DNA of 64,000 bases. Source: Nannocystis bainbridge. Lineage in GTDB: Bacteria; Myxococcota_A; Polyangia; Nannocystales; Nannocystaceae. Shown here piece after piece: positions 29,749 through 39,314 of this stretch (position 1 is its first letter; each line of letters starts with the position of its first letter). The notes beneath the pieces were generated by a model. The model did no database searches, was not told the origin of the DNA, and saw only the letters and a program-made list of their open reading frames with translations. The translations under genes and the position numbers were made by a program. The stretch is from the NCBI RefSeq assembly GCF_028368995.1, contig NZ_JAQNDL010000003.1:1728001-1792000 (forward strand), given 5' to 3'.

Positions 29749-30630
29749 TTGCGCATTCATCACCTCAACTGTGGAACCATGTGCCCCTGGGGCGGGCGGC
29801 TGATGGGGAAGCCCGCCGACGAGCCCGGCCCGGCCCGGCTGACCTGCCACTGTCTGCTGCTCGAGACGGACCGCGGCCTGGTCCTCGTCGACACCGGCCT
29901 CGGCCTCGAGGACATCCGGGACCCGGTGCCTCGCCTCAGCCGCTTCTTCGTCGGCATGATGCGGCCCCGCTTCGACGAGCACGAGACGGCGGTGCGGCAG
30001 GTCGAGCGCCTCGGCTTCTCGCGCGGCGACGTGCGCCACATCCTCCTGACCCACCTGGACTTCGACCACGCCGGCGGGCTCGCCGACTTCCCGCACGCCC
30101 AGGTACATCTGCTCGCCGACGAGGCTCACGCCGCCCAGCGGCGGGCCAGCCCGCTCGCCCGCGGCCGCTACCGCCCGCAGCAGTGGGGGACGGCCGGCGC
30201 GTGGCAGACCTACGCGCCGAGCGAGGGCGAGGAGTGGCTCGGCTTCGCGTGCGTGCGAGCGCTGGTGGGCCTGCCGCCGGAGATCTTGCTGGTCCCGCTG
30301 GTCGGCCACACCGAGGGCCACGCGGGCGTGGCGGTGCACACCGACGAAGGCTGGCTGCTGCACGCCGGCGACGCGTACTTCTACCGCGGCGAGCTGAACG
30401 CCGAGCACCCGCGCTGCCCGGTCGGGCTGCGCGCCTACCAGACGATGATGGAGGTCGACCGACGAGCCCGCCTCGCCAATCAACAGCGCCTGCGCGACCT
30501 GGTGTATCAGCACGGCGAGGCGGTCCGCGTGCTGTGTGCCCACGACCCGGTCGAGTTCGAGACCTGGGCCGCCCGCAGCCCGTACGGCCAATCCCCGCAC
30601 CCGCGCGCGCCCGACCTCGGCGCGGGCTGA
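29749..30630 (+). CDS. MBL-fold metallo-hydrolase
   Basis: THLDFDHAGGL (HxxxDH), GHTEGH, HAGDAY, CAHD; TTG start after GGAGG. Confidence 0.93.
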   Translation: MRIHHLNCGTMCPWGGRLMGKPADEPGPARLTCHCLLLETDRGLVLVDTGLGLEDIRDPVPRLSRFFVGMMRPRFDEHETAVRQVERLGFSRGDVRHILLTHLDFDHAGGLADFPHAQVHLLADEAHAAQRRASPLARGRYRPQQWGTAGAWQTYAPSEGEEWLGFACVRALVGLPPEILLVPLVGHTEGHAGVAVHTDEGWLLHAGDAYFYRGELNAEHPRCPVGLRAYQTMMEVDRRARLANQQRLRDLVYQHGEAVRVLCAHDPVEFETWAARSPYGQSPHPRAPDLGAG

Positions 30631-30641
30631 GCCGGCGGTCT

Positions 30642-30697
30642 CGCAAAACGTCCTTTGTGACATGTTATTAAAAGCACGCTACAAAGGACGTTTTGCG
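30642..30697. terminator. 17-bp inverted repeat hairpin containing phased 14-bp units
   Basis: CGCAAAACGTCCTTTGT...ACAAAGGACGTTTTGCG, 11 nt after the MBL stop and between convergent genes. Confidence 0.6.
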
Positions 30698-30992
30698 CAA
30701 AGGGCCATAAGCGTCGAGTCGGCACCCCCGAGCCCACAGCGGGCGACCGCCGCCCCCGGCAGTCCACCGCACGAGCACAGGCGCCCGAGCGCCCCGCTCG
30801 CGTTCGCCAGCTTCGCCGTCGACGGTCCGCAGCTCAAACGCAGGCGTGGGCGATGGGAACCTCGCCACGGGGCCAGCCTTATGTCGTTAGCGTCTGGCGC
30901 GCTGCGCCGTGACGCCGGTTACCTTAGACCTACAAGAGGACCTCAGTCGTGCGAATCGTCGAGGACCTCACGCGACCGAGGTGGATCCTTAT

Positions 30993-33900
30993 TCAATGGT
31001 TGGCCAGCACAGCGGCTACGCGAAAACCGCGATTGTTGGAGTAACTCCAGAACACATCTCCGCTTCGCGTAGCGGCCGCTCGCGCTTTGTCGAGGGCCCA
31101 CCCCCCACCGCGCAGCGCCCGCTCCTCAGTCCTCCGGTGTTTGACAACCGGGTCGACGCTCCTTTGACCCGAACGCCCCTCGTACGCCTTCGCCTCCCAA
31201 TCGTCGAGGCACCACTCCCAAACGTTTCCGATCAGGTCGAGATGTCCGAAGGGCCCCCGCCCGGCCGGGCACGAACCAACCGGCGCGGTCGTCAGAGGCC
31301 CGTCGTACTTTCGGCCAAAAACAGCCCGGCTGGCCTCCGGCTTGTCGTTTCCCCACGGATAGCGTCGCCCGTCTGTGCTCCTTGCTGCGAACTCCCACTG
31401 TGCCTCGCTGGGCAACTGCACCCGCACTCCAGCGGTAACTAGCGCCGGGTGGGTCGATAACCAAGCGCAGAACTTGATCGCGTCGTCCCAACTTACCGTC
31501 ACGACCGGTCGCGTGTCGCCAGCGTACCGCTCGTCTCGCCACATTTGCGGCTCCGAATGCCCCCGGTTCGCTGCGAGGAACGCTCCATACTGCGCGTTCG
31601 TCACAGGCGTTTCGGCGAGCCAGTACGGCGAGACCTGTACCCAGTGTATAGGATCAGCTACTCCCTTTTCGGCTATCCCCTTCTCCCCCATCTCGAACGG
31701 TCCCCCCGGTAACCACAGGAAGCGAATCCCCGTCACAGGCTCGATGAACGGCTCGTTGACGACAATGCCTCGCCCTCTGCGCGGCTGCGCCCGAGCGAGC
31801 CACCGCTGCAACTCGCTGAGCCCGTCTCGCCGCTGCAGATTGATGAGCGTCGCTCCGGGCGGCAACTGCGCGGCCACTGTACTCTTCGGCAGCACCACGC
31901 AGGCGACAGCCTTTTCTGCATCGGCGAACAGCGACATACAACTGGCGGCTGCCTCCGTCGCCCATGCTGGCCCCGTCTGGTCGCACAGTGCAGCCACGCC
32001 ACACCCGGCAGCCAATGCCATGTCTAGTTCACTCTGCAGGTCAAGTGCGTCTAGGAGCTGTCCCTTTCTGTCCTTCCAGACAGACACTCCGTTCCCTGTA
32101 AGCTGCAGCGCAAGCGATTCCGCCGTACGCCGTTGTGTCGCCGTAAACACCAGTACCAGCGCCCGCCCCTCACCTGGCGCCTCCTCGCAGAGTTGCCCCG
32201 CAAGCACCCGGACGGTCTCATCCGTTGTCGTTGCGAGTTCTTGCTTCGCCGCGTCGCTTACGCGCGGGTCGCCCGAGAACTTCCGCAACAGGCGCAGAAG
32301 CGTTACCCTTTCACTCGCAGGGATTTTCTCGTGAAGCCGTGTGATGAGCGGCTCTGGGTCGGCTTCGGCAGCTTCTTCGAGCAGGTCCCCGACTAGGCCG
32401 CCATGCACTTCTCGCGCTGGTGAGCGTAAGACTCGTTGAAGTAGCGGCGCATACACTGAGCGACCTGGCAAAGCCACCAGCAGCCGAGTTACCTCGATCC
32501 ACCACGTGTCGTCTCCTCTGTCGAGATGCCGAACGAGCATGTCGAGCGGCAGTTCGGTCGTCTCGTCGTCGCGCTTCTCTCCGACCGCGGCGATGTGCGC
32601 TGCTGCAAGAAACTCTTGCACCCCGAGGTGAAAGAACCCGAAGTGCTCTGCCGCGAACTCCTTCAGCACTCCCGCGCCGCGGTACAGCCATTCCACTACC
32701 GCGAGCCCGTTGTTGCCCGGCTTGCCGAGCGCTCGCAATCGCTGATTTATATGCAGCGCCAGCTTTGCCCGCACCCACGCGTCTCGCTCACCCGACCGGT
32801 GCAGCTCGAACGCCAGGGAACGCAGCACCGCCATCGCAGAGTCGAAATCAAGCGGCGCTATCTGCTGTTTCGATTGCCCCCAGCGCAAGAGAAGGACTCG
32901 TAGGCACTCCTCGTAATAGGCGGCGCGGTTGCGCGGCATCTCGCGCCCCTGGTTGACGATCACGCATAGCAGGGTCAACAGCAGTGGTGTGCTGACCATT
33001 ACTTTAAGCCGCTGACTCGAGAACCCTGGGCTCTCGATCGCGGCGATCAATCCCCCCGCTCGTGCCGCGGCCTCGACCGCCGAAACCGATGTCATCACGC
33101 GCCCAGCTTCCTCGAACCACAGCTGCACCAATGTTCGAACCTGCTCGGGGCTGAGCGGCCGCAGGTCGAGCCGTGCGAAACGCTTGTCGAGTCGTACATC
33201 TTTGCGATAACCGGCGTGGCGGCACGACACCACGGCGCGCACATCCACGGCCTCGGAACCGCTGAGTTGAACCATGAGCTGCTTGCATAGTTCTGCTCGC
33301 AGCGCCTCGTCGGCGATCTCATCGAGCCCGTCCGCTAGCAGGAGCAGGCGCCCGTGTCGCCACAGCTCGGCGCCAAGCGCCGCCGGCAGTTCGCCGCCCG
33401 AACGCTCGACGAGTTCGTCGGAGAGCCATCCCGCGAGCGACTGCCCGACCCGGTCCGTGTGGAAGCGGCGCAGCCGGAGCGCCACCGGCACCACACCATC
33501 CCGCAGCCCCAGCGCCTTGCCGCCTTCGCGCACGCACCGGTGCAGCAACTTGTGCAACGCCGTCGTCTTGCCCGACCCCGGTGACCCCAGAATTAGTGCG
33601 TGCGGCGTCTCGAGCTTTTGGAAGAGCGCGTCGACCTCGAACTCACAGCAGGCTAGCGCCTCGTGTGCGAGTTCGGCGCGCTCTTGTGGCGCCCTTCGGG
33701 TCCACGTACCGTCAACGCTGCGATCGCCCCGTCGACCAGACGACTTGCGCTCATGCTCGCTATGTGCCTTCGGTCGTCGCCGGCCCTCCTGCAGGTCTAT
33801 ATCTCCCGACCCGAATGCATCGTGCTCAGCATTCGCCAGCGTTTGCACGCGCAGCGGCACGTACACCGAGTCGAGGTCGAGCTGCATGTCGCCGCCGCCG

Positions 33901-35153
33901 ACACCGATCAGCTCGACCCCTTGCCTTTGTCGCAAGAGCCATGTCCGATACGCCAGAATTGCCGCTGGCTCGCCGACGCTAGCAGCGGCCGGGCTCACCG
34001 CGATCGGCCCCGACGATCGCGGTGGTACATAGGCTCTGCCGTCGCCTTTGCGCAGCAAAACCCCACCTGCATCGTTCCAGTGGAAGAAGGGGTCGCGCTC
34101 GAACGCCCCGACTCCGTCCCCCTTGCGCAGCCACCTCAACGGCCATGCCCGTAGGTCCCCAGTACTTTCGAGCTGCCCCCACGTATAGCCGAAGAGCCGC
34201 GACTCGTGCTTAGTGCCGTACTGTTCGAGGCCGAACAGCGACGGTGCCTGATAGAAGCAGCGTGGCGCACCGCCAAAGTGCGCCAGGTTTACTGCGCCGG
34301 CCTCGTGCATGTGCCCGTGGAGGCAGGCGACGAAGCGATCGCCAGGGTAGATGCTCCCATCGAAGTCCTGCCGGCTTGACTTCGACAGCCAGTTCCGCGG
34401 ATGGTGCATGAGCAGCAGCGCCCGGTGTACCGAGGTGAGTGCCGTCAGCGGCGAGTGCCCTGCAGTCCGCGGCAGCGACGCCTGAAACTGCTCAACTGGC
34501 ACCGCCAGTTTCTCCGCGTAATCGCCGCTATGGACCTGCAACCACGCCGAGTTGAGTCCGATGACTCCCAGCGGAAACCGACCCGGCAGCGCCACTTGCA
34601 GCCAGAAATCACCGGGAAAAAATGACGCGTGTAGCTTCACCCCTGGTCGAATGGCCTGCGGTTTGACATAATGGTCGAACCATTCGACATAGTTCGCAAA
34701 CAGAGGTTTAATGAACGACGCATCCGATGCCTCCCAAAGATCGTCCATCACTGCCGCAACATCCGGATCTCCACGACCCAGCTCGTAGTCGCGGAGCACG
34801 CGATACGTCAATGCCTCGCGCTTGACTGGTCGCGCCAGATCGTGATTGCCTGGCACCGGCACGATGAGCGGCGGCAGGCCATCCTCGGCTCTCGGCAACT
34901 TCGCTAGGAGCGACTCGAGAAACTGTGTTAGCTGTTCGAACTCCTCACGCGCACCGCGGTTCGTCAGGTCACCTGTCAAGAGGACCATATCTGGTGCCCC
35001 GAGCCTGCCGAGCTCGATGTCGAGGCTGCGCCAGAAATCTTCGAGCACTTGCCACCACTGGGCCTCTCCGCGCCCCCCGACATGCAAGTCCGATAGGTGC
35101 AGCCACCGTATCGGTCGCGCGCCGACCGCCGGCACCGAGTTCGTGGGGTTCAC
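30993..35153 (-). CDS. NLR-like protein: metallophosphoesterase + NACHT + degenerate TIR-like + FGE-sulfatase (SUMF1/C-type-lectin fold)
   Basis: SDLH/GD/GNHD/HHP/HGHMH; Walker A GSPGSGKT, Walker B LLLADGLDEI, FFHLGVQEFLAA; LPSEAQWEFAAR, GNVWEW, RGGGW, GFRV. GTG start after AAGGAG. Visibly lower GC3 than neighbours. Confidence 0.92.
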   Translation of the reverse strand: MNPTNSVPAVGARPIRWLHLSDLHVGGRGEAQWWQVLEDFWRSLDIELGRLGAPDMVLLTGDLTNRGAREEFEQLTQFLESLLAKLPRAEDGLPPLIVPVPGNHDLARPVKREALTYRVLRDYELGRGDPDVAAVMDDLWEASDASFIKPLFANYVEWFDHYVKPQAIRPGVKLHASFFPGDFWLQVALPGRFPLGVIGLNSAWLQVHSGDYAEKLAVPVEQFQASLPRTAGHSPLTALTSVHRALLLMHHPRNWLSKSSRQDFDGSIYPGDRFVACLHGHMHEAGAVNLAHFGGAPRCFYQAPSLFGLEQYGTKHESRLFGYTWGQLESTGDLRAWPLRWLRKGDGVGAFERDPFFHWNDAGGVLLRKGDGRAYVPPRSSGPIAVSPAAASVGEPAAILAYRTWLLRQRQGVELIGVGGGDMQLDLDSVYVPLRVQTLANAEHDAFGSGDIDLQEGRRRPKAHSEHERKSSGRRGDRSVDGTWTRRAPQERAELAHEALACCEFEVDALFQKLETPHALILGSPGSGKTTALHKLLHRCVREGGKALGLRDGVVPVALRLRRFHTDRVGQSLAGWLSDELVERSGGELPAALGAELWRHGRLLLLADGLDEIADEALRAELCKQLMVQLSGSEAVDVRAVVSCRHAGYRKDVRLDKRFARLDLRPLSPEQVRTLVQLWFEEAGRVMTSVSAVEAAARAGGLIAAIESPGFSSQRLKVMVSTPLLLTLLCVIVNQGREMPRNRAAYYEECLRVLLLRWGQSKQQIAPLDFDSAMAVLRSLAFELHRSGERDAWVRAKLALHINQRLRALGKPGNNGLAVVEWLYRGAGVLKEFAAEHFGFFHLGVQEFLAAAHIAAVGEKRDDETTELPLDMLVRHLDRGDDTWWIEVTRLLVALPGRSVYAPLLQRVLRSPAREVHGGLVGDLLEEAAEADPEPLITRLHEKIPASERVTLLRLLRKFSGDPRVSDAAKQELATTTDETVRVLAGQLCEEAPGEGRALVLVFTATQRRTAESLALQLTGNGVSVWKDRKGQLLDALDLQSELDMALAAGCGVAALCDQTGPAWATEAAASCMSLFADAEKAVACVVLPKSTVAAQLPPGATLINLQRRDGLSELQRWLARAQPRRGRGIVVNEPFIEPVTGIRFLWLPGGPFEMGEKGIAEKGVADPIHWVQVSPYWLAETPVTNAQYGAFLAANRGHSEPQMWRDERYAGDTRPVVTVSWDDAIKFCAWLSTHPALVTAGVRVQLPSEAQWEFAARSTDGRRYPWGNDKPEASRAVFGRKYDGPLTTAPVGSCPAGRGPFGHLDLIGNVWEWCLDDWEAKAYEGRSGQRSVDPVVKHRRTEERALRGGGWALDKARAAATRSGDVFWSYSNNRGFRVAAVLANH

Positions 35154-35606
35154 TTGCGCTCCTTCCAATGAGAAAGGCCCCGCTGTTCCGGGTTGTTGAA
35201 GGGCCCAGACAAAAATGCGTGGAGGGGATCCCCGTTCATGTTCGCCCCATGATCGCCGATGGCCTCTGCGCCAACAAGCCCTGCGAGGTGCGGGTTCTGG
35301 GGCAGCGCACAGTTCTCACAGGGCCTGCACCTCCGCGGAGCCGGCGCCGAAGAACCTCCGAAACCCGAAGCCGGACGACCAGCGTCAACTGCGCGAGACT
35401 TGGGCGTGGTAGGGGTCAGTTCGGATCTCTTCGTCGACTTTTGCACGCCATCAGGGCCGAGCGCCGCGGTCTTGGCCGCCGCCCGAGCGCGCCCGCTCGC
35501 GTTCGTCAGCGCCGCCACCGGTCCACCACACGAGCACCCCCGCCGCTTCTCGCGCAGACGCTCGAGAGCCGAGCCTCCGCCCGAGAGCCAAGCCTCCGCG
35601 CGTTCG

Positions 35607-37871
35607 TCAGCGACGTCGCCGGCGCCCGAGCGCCAGCAGCACCAGCGACCCGAACGCCAGCCCCTGCGCTGGATCTCCGGTGCGGCAGCCGCAGCCGCCC
35701 TCGCTGTTCGTGCCGCCGGTCCCGCTGTCCGAGCCCTCGCCGGTGTCGCCCGTCGAAGCCGAGCCTTGCGTCGCCCCGGTGCCGCCCGGCCCCCCGCCGG
35801 TCCCGCCGGTGGTCGGCGCCTCGCCCGTGGTCGCGTCGGTGCCCCCGCTCGTATCGCCGCCCGTGCCCTCGGTCCCCTCGGTCCCGGCGGTGGTCGGATC
35901 GTCGGTGTCGCTGCTGCCGCTGTCACTGTCGGTCTCGCCGCTCATCGACTCCCACTTCTTGGCCCGGATCACCCGCGTGATCGCCACGTCCGGGCTGCGC
36001 GGGTCGTCGTCGGCGATGACGACGCGGATCCAGTGGGCCTCCTCGTCCGGCATCACGAACGCGAGGTCGAGTCCGGCGCCCGCCGGCGCGCCGTCGACTG
36101 TCCACGCGATCGTCACAGGATCGTCGTCGGCGTCGATCGCCTCGACGTGGAGCCCGACGACGTCGCCGACGTCGGCGAACGGCGCCGGCTCGGACGGCGT
36201 CAATGCGGTGACCTCGGGCGGAGCGTTGGCGACGGTCACGTCGACGAGGACATACGCATAATCGACGAGCTTGCCGTCGCTGACGCGCACGCGCACCAGC
36301 TGCACACCGGGCGCGGTCGGCACGTAGTCGGCGAGCGCGGCGGCGGCGTCGTCGAACTCGCCGTCGAGGTCGAGGTCCCAGGCGTAGGTGAGCGCGGCCT
36401 GCGGGTCGAAATGCGCGGTCTGGGCGGTGAGCTGGACCGGCTCGCCGACCTTGCCCGGCGCCGGCGCGGCGACGGTCAGCTTCGGCCCGGGCCGCAGCAC
36501 CCCGGCCTCGTTCTCGGCGATCGCCGCGTCGGCCTGGGCCACGAGGTCGAGCAAAGCTGGCTTGAAGGCCAGGTAGCTGCCGCGCGCCCGCTCGACCAGC
36601 GCGCCGTAGGTCAGGTCGTCGTCGACCGGCGCCCAGCCCTGCATCACCGCCACCGCCTCGGCGATCTCCGTGTCCGACAGCCCGAACGAGCGCAGGAAGG
36701 CGGTGTCGCCGGCCGACGGCCCGCCGTCCTTGAAGCCCTGCAGCGCGGCGTTGAAGCTGTCCTTGGCGTAGCCGGCGTCGGCGATCCCGGCGCCGACGAG
36801 GTGAGCCTCGAAGGCGTCGGCCGCGGCCACCAGCCGCTCGCCCGCGGCGATCGCCAGCTCGGCGTAGGCCTTGACCTTCTCCGACTGGATCAGCATCCCG
36901 AGGCCGTTGCCGGCCGCGAACGCGCCCTGGGCCTTCTCCATGCTCGGCACCAGCGAGGTGTACGCGGCGCTCTGCAGCGCGATCAGGTTGGCGAGCTCGA
37001 CCTGCCCGCGCGCGAACGGGTGCTCGGCGCCCGGCGTGGCCGGGAACCCGAGCCCCACGATCTCGCCGACGTCGAGCGCCACCGGGGCCGCAAAATCCGG
37101 GTCCGGCGGGTCGGCGATGATGGCGTAGAACTTCTTCTCGAGCGAGTCGGCGATCCCGTTCAAGATCTTGTTGCCGATCGTGATCACCGCCGAGTTGTAC
37201 GAGGTCGGACAGTCGGTCCCGGTCGCGTTGCAGTAGATGCCGAGCAGCCCGCCCGCGATCCCGCCGCCCTGACCGAAGCCGATCGACCAGTCGACCACCG
37301 TCGAGATCGAATCGATCGCCGCCAGCGTCGAGGTGAGGATACGGATCCCCAGCGCCATCTCGACGCCCTTGACCGCCTCGGCCTTGATCATCGTCGGATC
37401 GACGCTGTAGACCAGCGGCGCGGTGCTGACGGTGAAGGCGAGGCCGGTCCGCAGGTCCTTGCCCGGATCGAACGGCGCGCCGTCGTCGAGCCAAAACGGG
37501 TGATTGTCGATCACGAACTCGTACTGCCCGCTCTTGAGCGGCGGCAACCACACGTACTCGTCGATGAAGCCGCCGGCGCCGAGCGTGGCGATGATGTAGT
37601 TGGGCGCGCCGGAGGCGTCGGCGAACGGGCTCGCGCTGCCGAGCGGGATGACGTAGATGTACGCCTCGGCGAAGATCTTGCTCGGCGGGACATAGTCGAG
37701 GTCACCCGTGACGCACACCGCGTCGCCCTTGTTGTAGACGTTGGTAAAGTCGAGGTTGCAGTCGGAAGCGACGACCTGCTGCGCCGCGGCCCCGCGCGGG
37801 ACGACGAGGCCCGCCGCAGCGACGAGGATCGTCATGCAGGTCGAAAGACAGGAGATCCGGCGAGAGGACAT
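35607..37871 (-). CDS. secreted protein with PKD/Ig-like domains and MYXO-CTERM sorting signal
   Basis: Signal peptide; YAWDLDLDGEFDDA (PKD-like); T/G linker; GCGCRT...LVLLALGRRRRR. Confidence 0.88.
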   Translation of the reverse strand: MSSRRISCLSTCMTILVAAAGLVVPRGAAAQQVVASDCNLDFTNVYNKGDAVCVTGDLDYVPPSKIFAEAYIYVIPLGSASPFADASGAPNYIIATLGAGGFIDEYVWLPPLKSGQYEFVIDNHPFWLDDGAPFDPGKDLRTGLAFTVSTAPLVYSVDPTMIKAEAVKGVEMALGIRILTSTLAAIDSISTVVDWSIGFGQGGGIAGGLLGIYCNATGTDCPTSYNSAVITIGNKILNGIADSLEKKFYAIIADPPDPDFAAPVALDVGEIVGLGFPATPGAEHPFARGQVELANLIALQSAAYTSLVPSMEKAQGAFAAGNGLGMLIQSEKVKAYAELAIAAGERLVAAADAFEAHLVGAGIADAGYAKDSFNAALQGFKDGGPSAGDTAFLRSFGLSDTEIAEAVAVMQGWAPVDDDLTYGALVERARGSYLAFKPALLDLVAQADAAIAENEAGVLRPGPKLTVAAPAPGKVGEPVQLTAQTAHFDPQAALTYAWDLDLDGEFDDAAAALADYVPTAPGVQLVRVRVSDGKLVDYAYVLVDVTVANAPPEVTALTPSEPAPFADVGDVVGLHVEAIDADDDPVTIAWTVDGAPAGAGLDLAFVMPDEEAHWIRVVIADDDPRSPDVAITRVIRAKKWESMSGETDSDSGSSDTDDPTTAGTEGTEGTGGDTSGGTDATTGEAPTTGGTGGGPGGTGATQGSASTGDTGEGSDSGTGGTNSEGGCGCRTGDPAQGLAFGSLVLLALGRRRRR

Positions 37872-38378
37872 GGAAGCACCTTAGCCATTCACCCGAGGCG
37901 AAGGCGCGCACGCACCGGACGATCGACGGCCTGTTCCGCGCAGCGACGCGAAAATTCATGAAGTCCCAGTCGGACGACAGAGCACGACGGCCATCCGCGC
38001 GCACGTTCCTGTCGACCGCGAAAGCCACCCAGGCTGCCTGTGCGGATAGCTGCTCGTTTCGCCGCGAGCGTTGACGAACGACACGCCGGTCCGGTCGACG
38101 CCCTGAAGATTCACTCCTCGGCGAGGTGCTCGCAGGCGGATGGCCGCGGGCTCACGAGGCATTCGATCCGAAAGACTGCAGATTGCCACCACGACGACAA
38201 GCTGCAGTGGATGCAGGTACCGGGCTCTGCTGCTCCGCTGTGGTGATCCCTCGCACCTTTCCAAACCACTTGCGGCGATCGATGAGATGCTGTACTGCGG
38301 TCACCGCGCGCCCCATGTCGAGGCGGGTTCGATACGCGAGCCCGACTCGGGTCAAATCAAACGAGTAGAGGTCTTGTC

Positions 38379-38921
38379 ATGACGATGGATCTGCAGGTCA
38401 AGAAGTTCAATTACGTGTTCACATGGTTCGACCAGAACCGCGACGGATGGCTCACCCGAGACGACTTCGAGAAGATCGCTGAGGTCTTCACCGCGGTGGC
38501 TGACGAGGACGACCACAAGAACAAGGCAGCCATGACGAGGGCCTTCATGCACTGGTGGGACCTCCTGCTGGCGGCCAGCGATGGCACGCCGGGCGAGAAG
38601 ATCGGGAATGCAGAATTCCTCCGCATCATGCACTCCAGCATCATCGCCCCGCAAAACTTCGAGAACGCCGTGGGCGGCATCGCCGACGGGCTCATCGCGG
38701 CCCTCGACCGCGACGGCAATGGCAGCCTCTCGCGAGAAGAATACGTGCGCATGTACGACGCGCTGGGCGTGCCCCCGACGACCTCGACCGAAGCGTTCAA
38801 ACGGCTCGATCGCGACGGCAGCGGAGAGATCAGCTATGCCGAGTTCCGGCAGGCGATCGTCGAATTCTACCTGAGCGTGGATCCGAACGCGCCGGGCAAC
38901 TGGCTGCTCGGCGCCACGTGA
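38379..38921 (+). CDS. EF-hand calcium-binding protein (calerythrin-like)
   Basis: EF loops DQNRDGWLTRDD, DRDGNGSLSREE, DRDGSGEISYAE. Confidence 0.93.
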   Translation: MTMDLQVKKFNYVFTWFDQNRDGWLTRDDFEKIAEVFTAVADEDDHKNKAAMTRAFMHWWDLLLAASDGTPGEKIGNAEFLRIMHSSIIAPQNFENAVGGIADGLIAALDRDGNGSLSREEYVRMYDALGVPPTTSTEAFKRLDRDGSGEISYAEFRQAIVEFYLSVDPNAPGNWLLGAT

Positions 38922-39314
38922 TACGGCGCTGCTGGCACCGAGCACGGTCAGCCCCCGCTCGGTGATGCGCTCGAGCGCGTTCGCTTCCCGACGAGCACCG
39001 TCGCCGGGCGCGCGCGTGTCCGCCTCACGCTCGATGAAGCGCTCACGTATTCGGCGTTCGCCCCCGTCATACATCCTGGATCACTGCGACGAATCCTCGA
39101 CCGTGTGACCGCGAGCCAATCGCATGACCGCGATCTCCCTCGACCTGGAGTTCATCGCGTGTCCGGCTCGCAGCATCACGCAAGCGGACAGGCGTTCGGG
39201 CCGGCGGGAGCGGGTCCGCGGCCACACCTGCGCCCTCGCAGCGCAACGCGCGCCCCCACGCATCCTACGACCTCGGCAACGCCGCGGGGATATGCCAGGG
39301 TTTCGGCCTCGCGC

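Noticed and set aside
30700-35600. Complete DGR or integrative mobile element
   Set aside because: No reverse transcriptase, template repeat, integrase or transposase was found in the window.
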